A stretch of 64,000 nucleotides of DNA from an uncultured Acidobacteriota bacterium (GTDB lineage: Bacteria > Acidobacteriota > Terriglobia > Acidiferrales > UBA7541). Below are positions 63,219 to 64,000 of the stretch, one piece after another. Under the pieces are notes generated by a model, which saw only the letters and a list, made by a program, of their open reading frames with translations, was not told the origin of the DNA and made no database searches. The stretch lies in the NCBI GenBank assembly GCA_963756355.1, contig CAVWOD010000006.1, forward strand, positions 26,933-90,932, written 5' to 3'. Position 1 is the stretch's first letter. Every line of letters begins with the position of its first letter. The position numbers were made by a program, and so were the translations under genes.

Positions 63219-64000
63219 ATGTCGAATACGAAGCGAATTTTGGTCACCGGAGCGGGCGGTTTCATCGGCCACCACCTGGTTCACCGGTTGAAAGTCCGAA
63301 GGCAATTGGGTCCGCGGCGTCGATATCAAGATGCCCGAATACGAAGCTTCTTCGGCCGATGAGTTCGAAGTCCTCGACTTGCGCCGCTTCGATAATTGCC
63401 TGATCGCCACGCGCAATATCGACCAGGTTTATAACCTGGCCGCGGACATGGGCGGCATCGGTTATATCACCGCGTTCCTCGCGCAGATTTCCGTCAACAA
63501 CACTCTGATCAACGCGCACATGCTCGAAGCCAGCCGCATCAACAACGTGAAGCGTTTCCTGTTTTCGTCATCGGCCTGCGTCTACGCGCAATACAAACAG
63601 AAAAGCGCCGACGTCACTCCCCTGCGCGAAGAAGATGCCTTCCCCGCCGATCCCGAACCGGGCTACGGATGGGAAAAACTCTGGTCCGAGGAACTGTGCC
63701 GCTATTTCATGAAGGACTACGGCATGGAAACTCGCGTGGTGCGCTTCCACAATGTTTACGGCCCGCTGGGCACCTACGACGGCGGCAAGGAAAAATCCCC
63801 CGCGGCAATTTCCCGAAAAGTAGCGCTGGCGAAAAACGGCGGCGAAATCGAAGTGTGGGGCGACGGCGAACAAACGCGTTCCTACATGTACATCGACGAT
63901 TGCGTCGAAGGCCTGATTCGCCTGATGGCTTCCAATTGCGCCGATGCCCTGAATTTGGGCACCGACCAACTGGTCAGCATCAATGAACTGGTCGACCTGG
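63219..64000 (+). pseudogene. NAD-dependent epimerase/dehydratase (GDP-mannose 3,5-epimerase-like extended SDR), one frameshift near 63293; runs off the window
   Basis: MSNTKRILVTGAGGFIGHHLVHRLK stops after about 48 codons. A +1 shift restores SEGNWVRGVDIKMPEYEASSADEFEVLDLR...SSACVY...GYGWEKL...RFHNVYGP, which continues to the window end. Confidence 0.75.

Overview
No database search was possible, so all product names come from motif recognition in the ORF track and my own reading of the DNA. The window reads as a bacterial chromosomal segment. My guess is an Acidobacteriota-like organism, inferred only from family content such as arrays of choice-of-anchor-D/HYDIN-type Ig domains. Layout: (1) 0.5-16.5 kb is a mixed block: GT4, SnoaL-like, an XdhC + MocA-like Mo-cofactor accessory pair, IscU-like, GYD, EamA, SDR, VOC, DinB, BtuF-like, NUDIX, aceE, cupin and a second SDR. 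It includes a visibly GC-richer stretch at about 6.4-9.9 kb carrying a translationally coupled MoaD/ThiS-like + BNR-propeller pair. Several genes here are broken by frameshifts (aceE about 14, xdhC 5, SDR 3, VOC, DinB and BtuF-like 1 each), while their neighbours are intact. Three copies of a 75-87 nt palindromic element lie in the first 4 kb. One supplies a stop codon and one sits in frame inside the MocA-like gene. (2) 16.6-19.4 kb encodes a secreted multi-Ig protein that ends in a nucleoside-hydrolase-like domain. (3) 19.8-29.1 kb is an ordinary glycolate/glycerate module (glcDEF, glcG, 2-hydroxyacid dehydrogenase, MOFRL glycerate kinase) plus acs. (4) 31.4-37.8 kb holds tRNA-Ser(CGA) and a polytopic membrane metallophosphoesterase. 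That gene is divergent from a roughly 1400-aa secreted metallophosphoesterase with Ig-domain arrays and a recent 324-bp tandem duplication. (5) 38.1-64 kb is a Wzx/Wzy-type exopolysaccharide locus. It contains ugd and uxs, a LuxR-type two-component pair, a PilZ protein and a UpxY/NusG-like antiterminator. The export genes are a short OPX, a GumC-like PCP, an ExeA-like AAA+-TM-LysM protein and a BY-kinase homolog with degenerate Walker motifs. These are followed by a priming transferase, Wzx, Wzy, three GTs, a methyltransferase, a CE4 deacetylase and a frameshifted epimerase. The best candidate for an undescribed system is the three-gene cassette at 51.07-55.12 kb. It consists of two paralogous two-domain proteins (an NTase-like N-terminal half plus a thymidylate-kinase-like P-loop half) whose catalytic motifs have decayed reciprocally, followed by an overlapping APH/ChoK-fold kinase. 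No CRISPR array, integrase or transposase was seen.
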